This document shows positions 1 to 10,614 of a DNA stretch of 64,000 bases, one piece after another. The notes under the pieces are model-generated. The model worked only from the letters and a program-made list of their open reading frames with translations. It was not told the DNA's origin and ran no database searches. Every line of letters begins with the position of its first letter. Positions within the stretch are counted from its first letter, which is position 1. The translations under genes and the position numbers were made by a program. Source of the stretch: an uncultured Mycoplasmatota bacterium (GTDB lineage: Bacteria; Bacillota_I; Bacilli_A; RF39; UBA660); contig CANOTJ010000001.1 in assembly GCA_947570175.1 (NCBI GenBank), forward strand, positions 64,282 through 128,281, written 5' to 3'.

Positions 1-53
1 TAGATTTAGAAACTACTTGTCCTATATTATACGATTATATAGTAGATCAAAAA

Positions 54-698
54 TTGAATATAAAAAATAAAAGCTTTATTGGATCTATAGAATCTGAATA
101 CCTTAATAGTATAGGATTTTCTCAAACTCAGATTAATAAAGTTGAAGAGTTAGTTAGTAGAGGAATTCAGGAACATTTATATGAAAAAATGAGAGTACCT
201 TATCATAATTTAAAACATATTGAAAGAGTTATAATGTATTCCATTTGGATATTAAATGAAAAAGAAAATAAGTACGAGCATATAAAAAATCATAATGTTC
301 TATTATTGGCGGCTTTATATCATGACTGTGGAAGACATCTAGCATCTAATAAAATGCATGGTATTGTTGGGGCAAAGATAGCCAGAGAGAGGTTAAAAGA
401 TACTTTGGATGATAAAACTATTAATAGTATTTGTCTTCTAATTGAAACGCATGCTTCTTACCAAGATATGGTTGATTTTAAAAATTATAATTATTCAGAA
501 GAAGAGAAGAAAAATATTCAAATATTATCCGATATATTAAAGGATGCGGATGCACTAGACAGAAATAGAATTAAATTATTTCCCTTTGCGCAATGTGATG
601 TTAATAAATTAAGAACTTTAGAAGCGAGAAATATCTATAATAAAAGTGAGTTGTTTTATGATAAATATAAAGATGCAACAAAAATAAAGGCGGGATAG
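54..698 (+). CDS. HD-domain metal-dependent phosphohydrolase
   Basis: Conserved H...HD motif context 'LLLAALYHDCGR' and N-terminal 'HNLKHIERV' His motif. Size about 214 aa. Confidence 0.6.
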   Translation: MNIKNKSFIGSIESEYLNSIGFSQTQINKVEELVSRGIQEHLYEKMRVPYHNLKHIERVIMYSIWILNEKENKYEHIKNHNVLLLAALYHDCGRHLASNKMHGIVGAKIARERLKDTLDDKTINSICLLIETHASYQDMVDFKNYNYSEEEKKNIQILSDILKDADALDRNRIKLFPFAQCDVNKLRTLEARNIYNKSELFYDKYKDATKIKAG

Positions 699-877
699 TT
701 ATGAAAAAGAATATAATTATTATTATATTATCTGTTATTATTTTGATACTTGTATCTTATATTGTTTATGATAAAATCACTTATCACAATCCTCAAGAAG
801 GAAGTGGAGATAGTTGTCCAATACCTGTAAAATAAAGTAAAAAATAACGTGATTCATGTTATTTTTTTTATTCCTGT

Positions 878-886
878 GATATACTA
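878..886 (+). promoter_or_regulatory. Extended -10 promoter element (TGnTATACT) upstream of pflB
   Basis: 'tgatatact' lies 26 nt upstream of ATG 912. RBS 'aaggagga' at 896-904. Confidence 0.35.
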
Positions 887-911
887 AAATATATATAAGG
901 AGGATAAGAAA

Positions 912-3140
912 ATGGAAGAATGGCAAGGATTTCAGAAAGGAAAATGGACTCAAGAAATTAATGTAAGCAATTTTATTAAAACAAACTATCAATCTTATAA
1001 TGGAAGTAGTGATTTTCTAGAAAAAACTACTAATAAAACGGATCAAGTTTGGCAAAAATGTACTAGTCTTTTGCAACAAGAATTAAAGAAAGGTGTTTTA
1101 GATATTGATGTAACAACAGCTTCTGGAATTAATTCTTATCCTGCCGGTTATATTGATAAAGAAAATGAAGTAATCGTTGGTCTACAAACAGATGAACCAT
1201 TAAAAAGAATTGTAAATCCTTATGGTGGCATAAGAATGGTATATAGTTCTTTAAAGGCATATAATTATAAACTTGATCCAACTTTTGAGCATTATTTTAA
1301 ACAGTTTAGAAAAACACATAATGATGGTGTATTTGATGCTTATACAGAAGAGATTAAAAAAGCACGTCATGTTGGACTTTTAACAGGGCTTCCAGATGCT
1401 TATGGTCGTGGAAGAATTATTGGGGATTATCGTCGTGTAGCCCTTTATGGAATTGATTATTTAATATCCCAAAAGCAGAAAGAACTAGATTATTTATTAC
1501 TAGGGGAAATGAGTGAGTCTATCATTCGAACTCGTGAAGAAGTTTCTATGCAGTGTAGAGCATTAAAAGAAATAAAAGAAATGGCACTTAAATATGGGTA
1601 TGATATTTCAAAACCGGCTAAAACTGCTAAAGAGGCAGTACAATGGCTTTATTTTGGCTATCTAGCAGCAGTAAAAGAAAATAATGGGGCTGCCATGAGT
1701 TTAGGGCGTGTAGATGCTTTTTTAGATATTTATATAGAACGAGATTTAGAAGCAGGTGTTTTAACAGAAATTGAGACACAAGAACTAATCGATCAATTTA
1801 TTATTAAACTTCGTTTGGTAAGACATCTTAGAACACCAGACTATGATCAATTGTTTTCAGGAGATCCAACTTGGGTTACTTGCTCTATTGGTGGTTTAAC
1901 TACCGAAGGAGATTCACTGATCACTAAAACATCTTATCGGCTTTTGCACACTCTTTCTAATTTAGATACTGCGCCAGAACCGAATATGACTGTTTTGTGG
2001 AGTGAAAAATTCCCACAGACATTTAAAGATTATTGTGCGAAAATGAGTATTCAAACGGATGCTATTCAATATGAAAATGATGATTTAATGCGACCTATTT
2101 ATGGAGATGATTATGCAATTGCTTGTTGTGTTTCGGCCATGAGAGTCGGCTTAGATATGCAATTTTTTGGAGCTCGCTGTAATCTAGCAAAGGCCCTTCT
2201 TTATTCTATTAATGGTGGAGTAGATGAAATGAAAAATGAATTGGTGTTTGATGGATTTGAAAAAATGGAAGATGAGATTCTAGATTATAACAAAGTGAAA
2301 AAAATCTATTTTAAAATGTTAAAAGAAGTGGCTAGAGTTTATGCTAGTGCGATGAATATTATTCACTATATGCATGATAAATATGCTTATGAGGCAGGTC
2401 AAATGGCTTTACATAACACAGATGTTCATCGTTATATGGCTTATGGAGTAGCAGGACTTTCTGTGGTGGCAGATTCTTTATCGGCTATTCGTTATGCCAA
2501 GGTCAAACCAATTAGAAATCAAGATGGAATTGCTATTGATTTTAAAATTGAAGGAGATTTTCCCAAATATGGAAATGATGATGATCGAGTAGATGAAATC
2601 GCAAAAGAAGTTTTACAAACTATTTTTGATGAGTTAAAATCTCATAAGACTTATCGAGATGCAGAACCTACAATGTCTGTTCTTACGATTACTTCTAATG
2701 TTGTTTATGGTAGTAAAACAGGGGCAACTCCTGATGGAAGAAAGGCAGGGGTAGCATTCGCACCAGGTGCAAATCCTATGCATGGACGAGATGAAAATGG
2801 AGCTTTAGCTTCTTTAAATTCTGTAGCCAAATTAGATTATGAGACATGTTGTAAAGATGGAATATCCAATACTTTCTCCATTGTTCCAGAGACACTTGGA
2901 AAAACAATGGAAGATCGAATTCATAATTTAGTGTCCATTATAGATGGGTATTTCCATCAAAAAGCTCATCACTTAAATGTGAATGTATTAACACGGGAAA
3001 CCTTAATCGATGCAATGGAACATCCTGATAAATATCCATTACTTACAATTCGCGTTTCTGGTTATGCAGTTCGCTTTAATCGTTTAAGTAAAAAACAACA
3101 GGAAGAAGTAATTAATAGAACGTTTCATGAAAAAATGTAA
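912..3140 (+). CDS. pflB: Formate C-acetyltransferase (pyruvate formate-lyase, glycyl radical enzyme)
   Basis: 742 aa. C-terminal glycyl radical motif 'RVSGYAVRF'. Active-site region '[11 protein letters not shown]'. Strong RBS 'aaggagga'. Confidence 0.95.
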   Translation: MEEWQGFQKGKWTQEINVSNFIKTNYQSYNGSSDFLEKTTNKTDQVWQKCTSLLQQELKKGVLDIDVTTASGINSYPAGYIDKENEVIVGLQTDEPLKRIVNPYGGIRMVYSSLKAYNYKLDPTFEHYFKQFRKTHNDGVFDAYTEEIKKARHVGLLTGLPDAYGRGRIIGDYRRVALYGIDYLISQKQKELDYLLLGEMSESIIRTREEVSMQCRALKEIKEMALKYGYDISKPAKTAKEAVQWLYFGYLAAVKENNGAAMSLGRVDAFLDIYIERDLEAGVLTEIETQELIDQFIIKLRLVRHLRTPDYDQLFSGDPTWVTCSIGGLTTEGDSLITKTSYRLLHTLSNLDTAPEPNMTVLWSEKFPQTFKDYCAKMSIQTDAIQYENDDLMRPIYGDDYAIACCVSAMRVGLDMQFFGARCNLAKALLYSINGGVDEMKNELVFDGFEKMEDEILDYNKVKKIYFKMLKEVARVYASAMNIIHYMHDKYAYEAGQMALHNTDVHRYMAYGVAGLSVVADSLSAIRYAKVKPIRNQDGIAIDFKIEGDFPKYGNDDDRVDEIAKEVLQTIFDELKSHKTYRDAEPTMSVLTITSNVVYGSKTGATPDGRKAGVAFAPGANPMHGRDENGALASLNSVAKLDYETCCKDGISNTFSIVPETLGKTMEDRIHNLVSIIDGYFHQKAHHLNVNVLTRETLIDAMEHPDKYPLLTIRVSGYAVRFNRLSKKQQEEVINRTFHEKM

Positions 3141-3837
3141 TTTGAAAGGAAGTATTCATTCTATTGAAACACTGGGATTAGTAGATGGTCCAGGAATTCG
3201 AGTGGTTGTATTTTTCAATGGGTGTAAATTAAGATGTTTATATTGTCATAATCCAGAAACTTGGAAAATAGAAAAACCAAATATGACTGTTTCAGAATTA
3301 GTAGATAAGATTCTTAGATATCAACCATATTTTCAAAAGAATGGCGGTGTTACTTTTTCTGGAGGAGAACCTCTTTTACAGTTTGATTATTTATTAGAAG
3401 TCTGTAAAGTGTTAAAAAAATATAATATTCATATAGCACTTGATACAGCTGGCGTCGGTAATTATAATGATAAACTACTTGATTTAATAGATTTAGTTAT
3501 CTTCGATGTAAAAGCTATAAAACGTCAAGAATATCAAGATATAACAGGATATTTAATTGAAAATTCTTTAAATTTTTTGAAAAAATGTCAAGAAAGAGAT
3601 AAGAAAATGTGGATTCGACAGGTTATTGTTCCAGGTATTAATGATACCAAAGAAGGTATTCTAGAATTAAAAGAATTTATTTCAAAATTAAAGAATGTAG
3701 AAAAAGTCGAATTACTTCCTTACCATACTATGGGAATTGGTAAGTATAAAAATTTAGGATTGGAATATAAATTGAAGGATGTAGCTGCAATGGATCAGGA
3801 AAGGTGTAGAGAATTAGAAAAATTACTTTTAGAGTGA
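3127..3837 (+). CDS. pflA: Pyruvate formate-lyase activating enzyme (radical SAM)
   Basis: CxxxCxxC motif '[14 protein letters not shown]' and 'LVDGPGIR' N-terminal motif. Sits immediately downstream of pflB with overlapping coordinates. Confidence 0.9.
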   Translation: MKKCNLKGSIHSIETLGLVDGPGIRVVVFFNGCKLRCLYCHNPETWKIEKPNMTVSELVDKILRYQPYFQKNGGVTFSGGEPLLQFDYLLEVCKVLKKYNIHIALDTAGVGNYNDKLLDLIDLVIFDVKAIKRQEYQDITGYLIENSLNFLKKCQERDKKMWIRQVIVPGINDTKEGILELKEFISKLKNVEKVELLPYHTMGIGKYKNLGLEYKLKDVAAMDQERCRELEKLLLE

Positions 3838-3983
3838 TTTTTTTTGACGAAAATATCATATGACTGAAGTGAACAAGTAAGAATGAAATAATTTTTGTTA
3901 GTTAGAATTGAAAATCATGGGAATTCTTCATCTTTAAGGACAATATTAAAAAATAATAGAACCACTTGGTTATACTCTGGAAT

Positions 3984-4009
3984 TTAAAAAAATCACTAAA
4001 AAGTGATTT
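3984..4009 (-). terminator. Rho-independent terminator for uppP (minus strand)
   Basis: Stem 'aatcact'/'agtgatt' with loop 'aaaa'. On the minus strand it is followed by a T-run (A-run 3984-3990 on plus). Confidence 0.4.
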
Positions 4010-4826
4010 ACAAAAAGAGTAAAATAAGAATTCCCACAACGAAGCAATAATATACAAAATAAATTAATTTTCCATCTTTTACAAGTTGTTTAAACCATTT
4101 TGTTCCAATATAAGTAAATATAAAGGCAAAAAATGCACTAATAAAGTATAAAAGAACTTGGATAGATGAGAAACTCGATTCTAGTAAATCTTTGATTCCT
4201 ATAATCATTGTTGCTAATGTAATTGGAATATATAAAATAAAGGAGAAATTAAAGGCCGTTTCTCTTTTTAAATTTCGAAACATTCCTCCAACAATCGTAG
4301 AACCACTACGACTAATTCCTGGAATTAATGCCACCACTTGAAATAGCCCAATGATGAGGGCATCCTTAAAGGTAATATCTTTTTTTTCTTTTTTTCCTTT
4401 AAAATCTTTAATTAAAAATAAGAATAAAGCCGTAATTAGTAAAGTAATTCCTACAAATTTAACATTCTCTTCTAAAAAGTCGAATAAATTTAATTTGGTT
4501 ATAATAAGACCCATTATTCCAGCTGGAATTGTACCTAAAATAATCATCCAACAATATTTATAATTGGAATAGTATTTTCTCTCTTTTGTTTCTAAATAAC
4601 GAAAGAACGATTGAATCAGATCAATAATTTCTTTTTTAAATAGAATAACAATAGCAATAAAACTTCCAAAATTTGTAATGATAGCGAGTAAATTAAAATC
4701 AATATCTTGTATTTCGTTTAATAGTTTTTGAAAAATTAATAAATGTCCACTAGAGGAAACAGGAATTGGTTCAGTAAAACCTTGTATAATTCCTAAAATA
4801 ATATATTTCATAAAATTTATAAACAT
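4008..4826 (-). CDS. uppP: Undecaprenyl-diphosphatase (UppP/BacA)
   Basis: Multi-TM protein with motifs 'GFTEPIPVSSSGHL' and 'GISRSGSTIVGG'. RBS AGGTGA upstream. Confidence 0.85.
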   Translation of the reverse strand: MFINFMKYIILGIIQGFTEPIPVSSSGHLLIFQKLLNEIQDIDFNLLAIITNFGSFIAIVILFKKEIIDLIQSFFRYLETKERKYYSNYKYCWMIILGTIPAGIMGLIITKLNLFDFLEENVKFVGITLLITALFLFLIKDFKGKKEKKDITFKDALIIGLFQVVALIPGISRSGSTIVGGMFRNLKRETAFNFSFILYIPITLATMIIGIKDLLESSFSSIQVLLYFISAFFAFIFTYIGTKWFKQLVKDGKLIYFVYYCFVVGILILLFL

Positions 4827-4913
4827 TTATAATCACCTATTTCATTATATACTATAAATTAAAATTAATAAATAAAACTGCATTAATTAAATAGAATTTA
4901 AGTAGGTGATTAT

Positions 4914-5144
4914 ATGCTTGCTAGGATTTTCTTTTTTCTGATTGGATTTGGTTTTACTGTTGTTGGAAGCATATATATAATTAGTTATTTAAATTTACTA
5001 ACAATTGGGTATAATTTTTTAGAATATGTAAACTTTATTATTAGAAGAATAGAATGTTTATATGCTGTATTTGGTATCGGAATTATTGTACTGACATTAC
5101 TTTGGCCAGGTATAGGAGGAAAAAAATATGAGCTACATATATGA
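4914..5144 (+). CDS. Small hydrophobic membrane protein (hypothetical)
   Basis: 76 aa with two hydrophobic segments. Overlaps the start of the next ORF, so possibly co-translated. Confidence 0.3.
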   Translation: MLARIFFFLIGFGFTVVGSIYIISYLNLLTIGYNFLEYVNFIIRRIECLYAVFGIGIIVLTLLWPGIGGKKYELHI

Positions 5145-5766
5145 TATCTTGATTAACTTTAATAAAAATTTATATGAATTCTATGATTGGAATTTAAACG
5201 ATGATATTGATCATGTTCGAAAAATTCCTGTTTTTAAAGTAGATAGTGCTACTTTATGGGATATAAAAAATAATGCTATTATTTTTAAAAATCAATTTTT
5301 AAATCAAATTTGTAATAAAACAGAAGTGTTTACGGTAAAGAATCTTAAGAATTTAAAATATGCTTGTCTATTTTGTGATGGAATGGAAACGATAGCTGTG
5401 GAAGTAACAGAAAGTGGACTAAAAAAGAGCAAACTTTTGATAGATGAAGAGGAAGAAGTAATTGAGGTTTGTTCCAAACTGGAAGTTCAAAGAATTGAAT
5501 ATAAAATTCTTCATGAATTAAAGGTTGAACAACATAAGACGAGAAAAGAAGTAGAGATGGAAGAATTTGTAAAGGAACAAATCAGGAATTTATCAAAAGA
5601 AACAGATACTAGTAAATTGCACTATTTATATTATGAGTGTTTTAATGAAAAAGAAAACGATAAAAATAAAATTATTGATAGATTCCGTTTAGAAATGAGT
5701 AAAAATTTTGATCAATTGGTTCAAAAACTATATCAATTTTTTAAATTGCTACAATTTAATCAATAA
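5128..5766 (+). CDS. Hypothetical cytoplasmic protein
   Basis: 212-aa ORF. No motif that I can recognise. Confidence 0.4.
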   Translation: MSYIYDILINFNKNLYEFYDWNLNDDIDHVRKIPVFKVDSATLWDIKNNAIIFKNQFLNQICNKTEVFTVKNLKNLKYACLFCDGMETIAVEVTESGLKKSKLLIDEEEEVIEVCSKLEVQRIEYKILHELKVEQHKTRKEVEMEEFVKEQIRNLSKETDTSKLHYLYYECFNEKENDKNKIIDRFRLEMSKNFDQLVQKLYQFFKLLQFNQ

Positions 5767-5817
5767 ATATGTATAACATCGTCAATTATAACCAAAATAT
5801 AATTGAGGAGGAATAAT

Positions 5818-6369
5818 ATGAAAAAAATAGCATTAGTTTTTACAACGTTGATGATCGTATTAATGAGTGGTTGTGGTGAGAAAACGCTTTTAGATACACC
5901 AACCAAAAAAGTTGAAGAATTTTTTGCAAATTATCAAACTTTAGATGAAGATGTTCTTACACAATTAGATGAAATAATTGATAAAGATAATAATTTGGCT
6001 GATGATCAAAAGGATGAATACCGCGATCTTATGAAAAATCATTATCAAAATTTAAAGTATGATGTAAAAGATGAAGTTATTGATGGAGATCAAGCAACAG
6101 TTACTGTTGAAATAGAAGTTACAGATTATACTAAAATAATGTCAGACTCCGATGCTTATCTAGAAGAAAATAAAGATTCTTTTAATGATGAAGAAGGTAA
6201 ATATGATGAAACATTATTTACAAAATATCGTTTAGATAAATTAAAAGAGGCAAAAGATACAGTTAAATATACTTTAGATTTAACACTTCATAAAGTGGAT
6301 GATGAATGGAAATTAGATGACATCAGCGAAGAAGATGAAAAGAAAATTCATGGAATGTATGAATACTAA
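5818..6369 (+). CDS. Acidic lipoprotein (hypothetical)
   Basis: Signal peptide with lipobox 'LMSGCGEK'. The ORF track started at TTG 5803, but RBS GAGGAGG (5805-5811) supports ATG 5818. The protein is Asp/Glu-rich. Confidence 0.5.
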   Translation: MKKIALVFTTLMIVLMSGCGEKTLLDTPTKKVEEFFANYQTLDEDVLTQLDEIIDKDNNLADDQKDEYRDLMKNHYQNLKYDVKDEVIDGDQATVTVEIEVTDYTKIMSDSDAYLEENKDSFNDEEGKYDETLFTKYRLDKLKEAKDTVKYTLDLTLHKVDDEWKLDDISEEDEKKIHGMYEY

Positions 6370-6373
6370 AAAT

Positions 6374-6399
6374 AGATAAATTGATTTATCTGTTTTTTG
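6374..6399 (+). terminator. Rho-independent terminator
   Basis: Hairpin 'agataaa-ttga-tttatct' followed by 'gttttttg'. Confidence 0.5.
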
Positions 6400-6524
6400 T
6401 TTGGAAAAGAGAATCTAATAAAATGGTGAAAACGAAGTATGAAGGCATTCATAGTTTTAAAATTATTCACAAAATTATATTTTAACAGAAAATTTCATAA
6501 ACTTTTATAAAGGAGAAAAATATA

Positions 6525-6809
6525 ATGAGAATTATACCAGATATTCCTCCAAAAGCTTTTACCCTTAGTGCAATTGTTATTGGGTACTTATTAATAGATG
6601 ATACAACAGCCAATGAGCAAAATGCTCTTGGAAATTGGTTGATGCTAGTTGCACAAGTTCTATGTACCAATGCTTTTTATAAACAAGTTCAAGCAGAAAG
6701 GAGTGGACAGAATATGAATCAACCAAATACAGAAGAAACAATTCTTATGATTCAAAAAATGATTCATGCAATGAACCAGGAAATAGAAAATTTAAAAAAA
6801 CAAGTATGA
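6525..6809 (+). CDS. Hypothetical small protein
   Basis: 94-aa ORF with RBS 'aaaggagaaaaa'. No recognisable domain. Confidence 0.35.
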   Translation: MRIIPDIPPKAFTLSAIVIGYLLIDDTTANEQNALGNWLMLVAQVLCTNAFYKQVQAERSGQNMNQPNTEETILMIQKMIHAMNQEIENLKKQV

Positions 6810-6856
6810 GATGAATCTTGGACATAATTTGTCCATTTTTTCATAGAATGAAATAG

Positions 6857-7921
6857 GTGAAAGTTATGAAGAAAATACTATTGTTAATGTTTATTTTTTT
6901 GTTTCCTGTTTCTATAAAAGCAATTAGTACGAGTGCAACTTCAGCAATTCTTATGGATATGGATAGTGGAAGAATTCTTTATGCCAAAGATATTCACAAT
7001 GCTAGAAGTGTAGCTTCGATATCTAAAATAATGACAGCGGTAGTTGCCATTGACAATCGTGCTCTTAATGATAAAGTTAATGTCGGTAAGGAAATTGAAA
7101 AAGCTTATGGTTCTGGTATTTATATTAAACAAGGTGAAAAATTAACTTTACAGGATTTATTATATGGTTTAATGTTAAGAAGTGGAAATGATGCTGCTTT
7201 GGCGATTGCCAATTACGTTGGAAAAAACACAGAAGATTTTGTCAAAAAAATGAATGAGAAAGCTACAGAAATAGGGATGAAAAACTCTTTATTTCGAAAT
7301 CCCCATGGATTAGATCAAGAAGATGGTGGTAATATATCAACTGCTTATGATATGGCAAAACTTACTAGTTATGCAATGAAGAATAAAAAATATCGTCAAA
7401 TTGTATCTACTAAAAAATATACTTTAACAACAAATAAGAATACCTATGTTTGGAATAATAAACATAAGTTATTATCTAGATATGAGTATACAACTGGTGG
7501 AAAAACTGGATTTACAGAAATTGCAAGAAGAACTTTAGTAACGACTGCTAGTAAAGATCATCTAAATTTAGTGGTAGTTACTTTGAATGATGGAAATGAC
7601 TTTTCTGATCATGAGAATCTTTTTGAATATGCTTTTTCCAATTATAAAAGTTATCAAATTTTAAAAAAAGGAAATATCAAAATTAAAGAAGATAATTATT
7701 ATAAAAAATATCAACTTTATATTAAAAATGATTATTTCTATCCTCTTTCAGAAGAGGAGAAGAGTAGTATTAAAGTGCAATACGAATTAACGAAATTGAG
7801 AAAATTAAAAAATAATAAAAAGGTGGGAGTTGCTAAAATATATTTGGCAGATCAACTTGTTCATGAAGAAGGAATTTATCTGCAGTATCAATCTAAAAAA
7901 AGTAAAGGTTGGTTTTCATGA
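6857..7921 (+). CDS. dacB: D-alanyl-D-alanine carboxypeptidase (PBP5*-type, sporulation-specific)
   Basis: Signal peptide. SxxK 'SISKIMTA', SxN 'LRSGND' and KTG 'GGKTGFT' motifs. Followed by spmA-spmB as in the Bacillus dacB operon. Confidence 0.8.
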   Translation: MKVMKKILLLMFIFLFPVSIKAISTSATSAILMDMDSGRILYAKDIHNARSVASISKIMTAVVAIDNRALNDKVNVGKEIEKAYGSGIYIKQGEKLTLQDLLYGLMLRSGNDAALAIANYVGKNTEDFVKKMNEKATEIGMKNSLFRNPHGLDQEDGGNISTAYDMAKLTSYAMKNKKYRQIVSTKKYTLTTNKNTYVWNNKHKLLSRYEYTTGGKTGFTEIARRTLVTTASKDHLNLVVVTLNDGNDFSDHENLFEYAFSNYKSYQILKKGNIKIKEDNYYKKYQLYIKNDYFYPLSEEEKSSIKVQYELTKLRKLKNNKKVGVAKIYLADQLVHEEGIYLQYQSKKSKGWFS

Positions 7922-8496
7922 TTAACAAAATTTGGGGTTTCTTTATTGTAGTAGGAATTATATTTTGTTTATGTACTGAAAAAGTAGATATTTTAAATAA
8001 TGAAATTTTAGAATGCACTAAAAGTAGTTTGGATATGATTATTAAGATTTTTCCTGTTATGGCTTTGTGGCTTGGAATTATGAATATCGCAAAAGTTTCT
8101 GGACTTTTAAATAAATTTTCAAAATTATTATCCCCCCTTTTGAGGAAACTATTCCCAGAAATTCCAGAGGGACATGAATCATTTAGCTTTATTGCTTCTA
8201 ATATTGTAGCGAATATGTTTGGGCTTGGAAATGCAGCCACTCCTTTTGGTTTAAAGGCTATGAAATCTTTACAAGAAATTAATAAAAATAAAACAGTAGC
8301 TTCTAGGAGTATGATAACTTTTTTGGTATTAAATACAAGTGGAGTGACGATTATTCCTACTACTATTATTTCTCTTCGAATGATGTATGGTAGTAAAAAT
8401 CCAACAGAAATCGTGGTTGCTTGTATTTTGGCTACTTTATTTTCTACAGTTGGTGGATTAATGATGGATCGATTTTTAGCTAGAAAGAGGGGGTAA
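7909..8496 (+). CDS. spmA: Spore maturation protein A (nucleoside-recognition domain membrane protein)
   Basis: Polytopic membrane protein directly after dacB with overlapping stop/start. Conserved operon order dacB-spmA-spmB. Confidence 0.75.
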   Translation: MVFMINKIWGFFIVVGIIFCLCTEKVDILNNEILECTKSSLDMIIKIFPVMALWLGIMNIAKVSGLLNKFSKLLSPLLRKLFPEIPEGHESFSFIASNIVANMFGLGNAATPFGLKAMKSLQEINKNKTVASRSMITFLVLNTSGVTIIPTTIISLRMMYGSKNPTEIVVACILATLFSTVGGLMMDRFLARKRG

Positions 8497-8497
8497 T

Positions 8498-9019
8498 ATG
8501 CTTAGTACAATATCTAGTTTAGTAATTCCTCTTTTGGTTTTATTAGTTGTTCTATATGGTATTATAAAGAAAGTAAATATTTATGATGTCTTTGTAGATG
8601 GATCCACAGAATCCTTTGATTTAGTTCTTACGATGTTTCCTTGTTTACTAGGAATGATATTTGGAGTAAATATATTTTTAAAAAGTGGGGTATTAGATTT
8701 TATTTTTAAATTATTAGAACCCTTCTTTTCCTATGTGAAGGTTCCTATTGAAATTTTTCCTATGATGATTATGCGACCAATTTCTGGAAGTTCTTCTCTT
8801 GCCATATTGAATAATATATATGAGGGATTTGGACCAGATAGTTTTATTGGAAGACTTGCAAGTGTTATTCAAGGATCTACTGATACTACTTTTTATATTT
8901 TAACCCTTTATTTTGGTAGTATTGGAATTAAAAAAATACGATATGCTTTATGGTCAGGACTTTTTGCAGATATTTTAGGAATTATTGCAGCTGTATTCTT
9001 AGTGAATCTTATGTTTTAA
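8498..9019 (+). CDS. spmB: Spore maturation protein B
   Basis: Paralogous membrane protein 1 nt downstream of spmA, in the same operon context. Confidence 0.75.
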   Translation: MLSTISSLVIPLLVLLVVLYGIIKKVNIYDVFVDGSTESFDLVLTMFPCLLGMIFGVNIFLKSGVLDFIFKLLEPFFSYVKVPIEIFPMMIMRPISGSSSLAILNNIYEGFGPDSFIGRLASVIQGSTDTTFYILTLYFGSIGIKKIRYALWSGLFADILGIIAAVFLVNLMF

Positions 9020-9070
9020 CTTGATAAATGTTATAGAATTTGATATCCTATTTCTATAGGAGGAAAGAAT

Positions 9071-9505
9071 ATGAAAAAGGGAATTTTTTGTATGATTGGT
9101 ATGTTATGTTTGACAGGATGCGGAACTAAAACATTAAACTGTTCTATGTTAAATGATGCGAATGAAGAACTAAAGATGACACAAAATATTATTACAACTT
9201 ATAAAAAGGATACTTTAACTAGAATGGATATGAGAATTATTGTTGATTTTTCTGATAATTATGCTAGTTACTCAGATGACTTAGAGAAAAATTTAAAAGA
9301 TACTTATAAGAATTATGAAGGAAAAAAAGGAATCAAAATTGATACTAAAAGAAAAGATAAAACAGTGACATTAACTTTTATGGCCGATTTAGATAAAATG
9401 GATAATGATACTAAAAAAGATTTTGATTTAGTAGGAACAGGCGAAAAGTTATCAGAAGTAAAAGCCGATTTAGAACAACAAGGATATACATGTAAAGAAG
9501 CATAG
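9071..9505 (+). CDS. Lipoprotein (hypothetical)
   Basis: Signal peptide with lipobox 'CLTGCGTK'. RBS 'aggagga'. Confidence 0.5.
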   Translation: MKKGIFCMIGMLCLTGCGTKTLNCSMLNDANEELKMTQNIITTYKKDTLTRMDMRIIVDFSDNYASYSDDLEKNLKDTYKNYEGKKGIKIDTKRKDKTVTLTFMADLDKMDNDTKKDFDLVGTGEKLSEVKADLEQQGYTCKEA

Positions 9506-9558
9506 TCTTCTTGTTTTTTTTATTTAGTTCCTGTATAATTTGAAAAGCAGGTGATAGG

Positions 9559-10275
9559 ATGGAAAGATTACAAAAAATAATTGCAAATAGTGGGTATTGT
9601 TCCCGAAGAAAAGCTGAAGAATTCATTCAACAAGGAAAGGTAAAAGTAAATGGAAAAACAATCTGGGAACTTGGAACCAAAGCAAATTTTTCTGATCAGA
9701 TTCTGGTTGATGGAAAAATAATTGGACAAGAAATGAAAGTATATTATTTATTAAACAAACCACGTGGAATTATTTCTTCGGTACATGATGATAAACATAG
9801 AAAAACGGTTATTGATTTAATTGAAACTGATAAAAGGATTTATCCAATTGGAAGACTAGATTATGACACAACTGGTATTTTGTTACTTACGAATGATGGG
9901 GAACTTGCCAATTTAATTATGCATCCTAAAAATAAAATAGATAAAGTGTATGTCGCTAAAGTAAAAGGCTTGGTAAATAAAGAAGATGTTGCAAGTTTAA
10001 CAAAAGGAGTTGTTATAGATGGTAAAAAGACAGCAAAATCAAAAGTAAAAGTCAAAAAATATGATAAAAAGAATCAAATATCTATTGTAGAAGTTTCTAT
10101 TCATGAAGGAAGAAATCATCAAGTGAAGAAGATGTTTGAAAGCCTTGGATTTGAAGTTTTAAAATTAAAAAGAGAACGAATATCTTTTCTGAATTTATCT
10201 GGGTTAAAATCAGGGGAATATCGAGAGTTAAGTATAAAAGAGGTAAAAAAATTATATAGTGAAGTTAGTAAATAA
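9559..10275 (+). CDS. rluB: 23S rRNA pseudouridine synthase (RsuA/RluB family)
   Basis: N-terminal S4 domain 'RLQKIIANSGYCSRRKAEE'. Catalytic Asp motif 'PIGRLDYDTTGILLLTNDGELAN'. Confidence 0.85.
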   Translation: MERLQKIIANSGYCSRRKAEEFIQQGKVKVNGKTIWELGTKANFSDQILVDGKIIGQEMKVYYLLNKPRGIISSVHDDKHRKTVIDLIETDKRIYPIGRLDYDTTGILLLTNDGELANLIMHPKNKIDKVYVAKVKGLVNKEDVASLTKGVVIDGKKTAKSKVKVKKYDKKNQISIVEVSIHEGRNHQVKKMFESLGFEVLKLKRERISFLNLSGLKSGEYRELSIKEVKKLYSEVSK

Positions 10276-10276
10276 A

Positions 10277-10305
10277 AAACCGAATTGTTCAAAATTCGGT
10301 TTTTT
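10277..10305. terminator. Bidirectional rho-independent terminator between rluB (+) and ferredoxin (-)
   Basis: 'aaaaaccgaatt-gttcaaa-aattcggtttttt'. A-run on one side and T-run on the other. Confidence 0.6.
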
Positions 10306-10510
10306 GTTCTTCTATTACAATAGCAGAAGTAGGGCACCCTTCAACAGCTTCTATTACTTCGTTTTTTAATTCTTTATCCATTTTATCTAAATTATTGTTA
10401 TCGCTTGTTTGAGCAAGACCATCATCACCCATTTCAAATACTTCCTCTACAAGGGCCATACAAGCTCCACATCCAATACAAGATTCCTTGTTTACTTTTA
10501 CTTTTTCCAT
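10289..10510 (-). CDS. 4Fe-4S ferredoxin (small)
   Basis: 'CIGCGACMALVEE...' cluster-binding motif and second Cys pair 'EGCPTSAI'. RBS GGAGGAAAATTATG favours the start at MEKVKV (10510) over the ORF-track start 10561. Confidence 0.7.
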   Translation of the reverse strand: MEKVKVNKESCIGCGACMALVEEVFEMGDDGLAQTSDNNNLDKMDKELKNEVIEAVEGCPTSAIVIEEQKTEF

Positions 10511-10614
10511 AATTTTCCTCCTTTTAGTATTATAAGAAAAAAAGATGCTAAATGCAAGCAAATAGTTTTAAAAACAAAAAAAATATGGTATGATTATGAT
10601 AGTGAGGTGGAAAC

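Noticed and set aside
777-992. 71-aa minus-strand ORF across the pflB promoter/start
   Set aside because: It overlaps the pflB RBS and start, has no RBS of its own, and is AT-rich low-complexity.
3838-3880. Terminator directly after pflA ('tgattttttttgacg')
   Set aside because: The T-run is present but I could not find a convincing upstream stem. The convergent uppP terminator at 3984-4009 is the better-supported element in this spacer.
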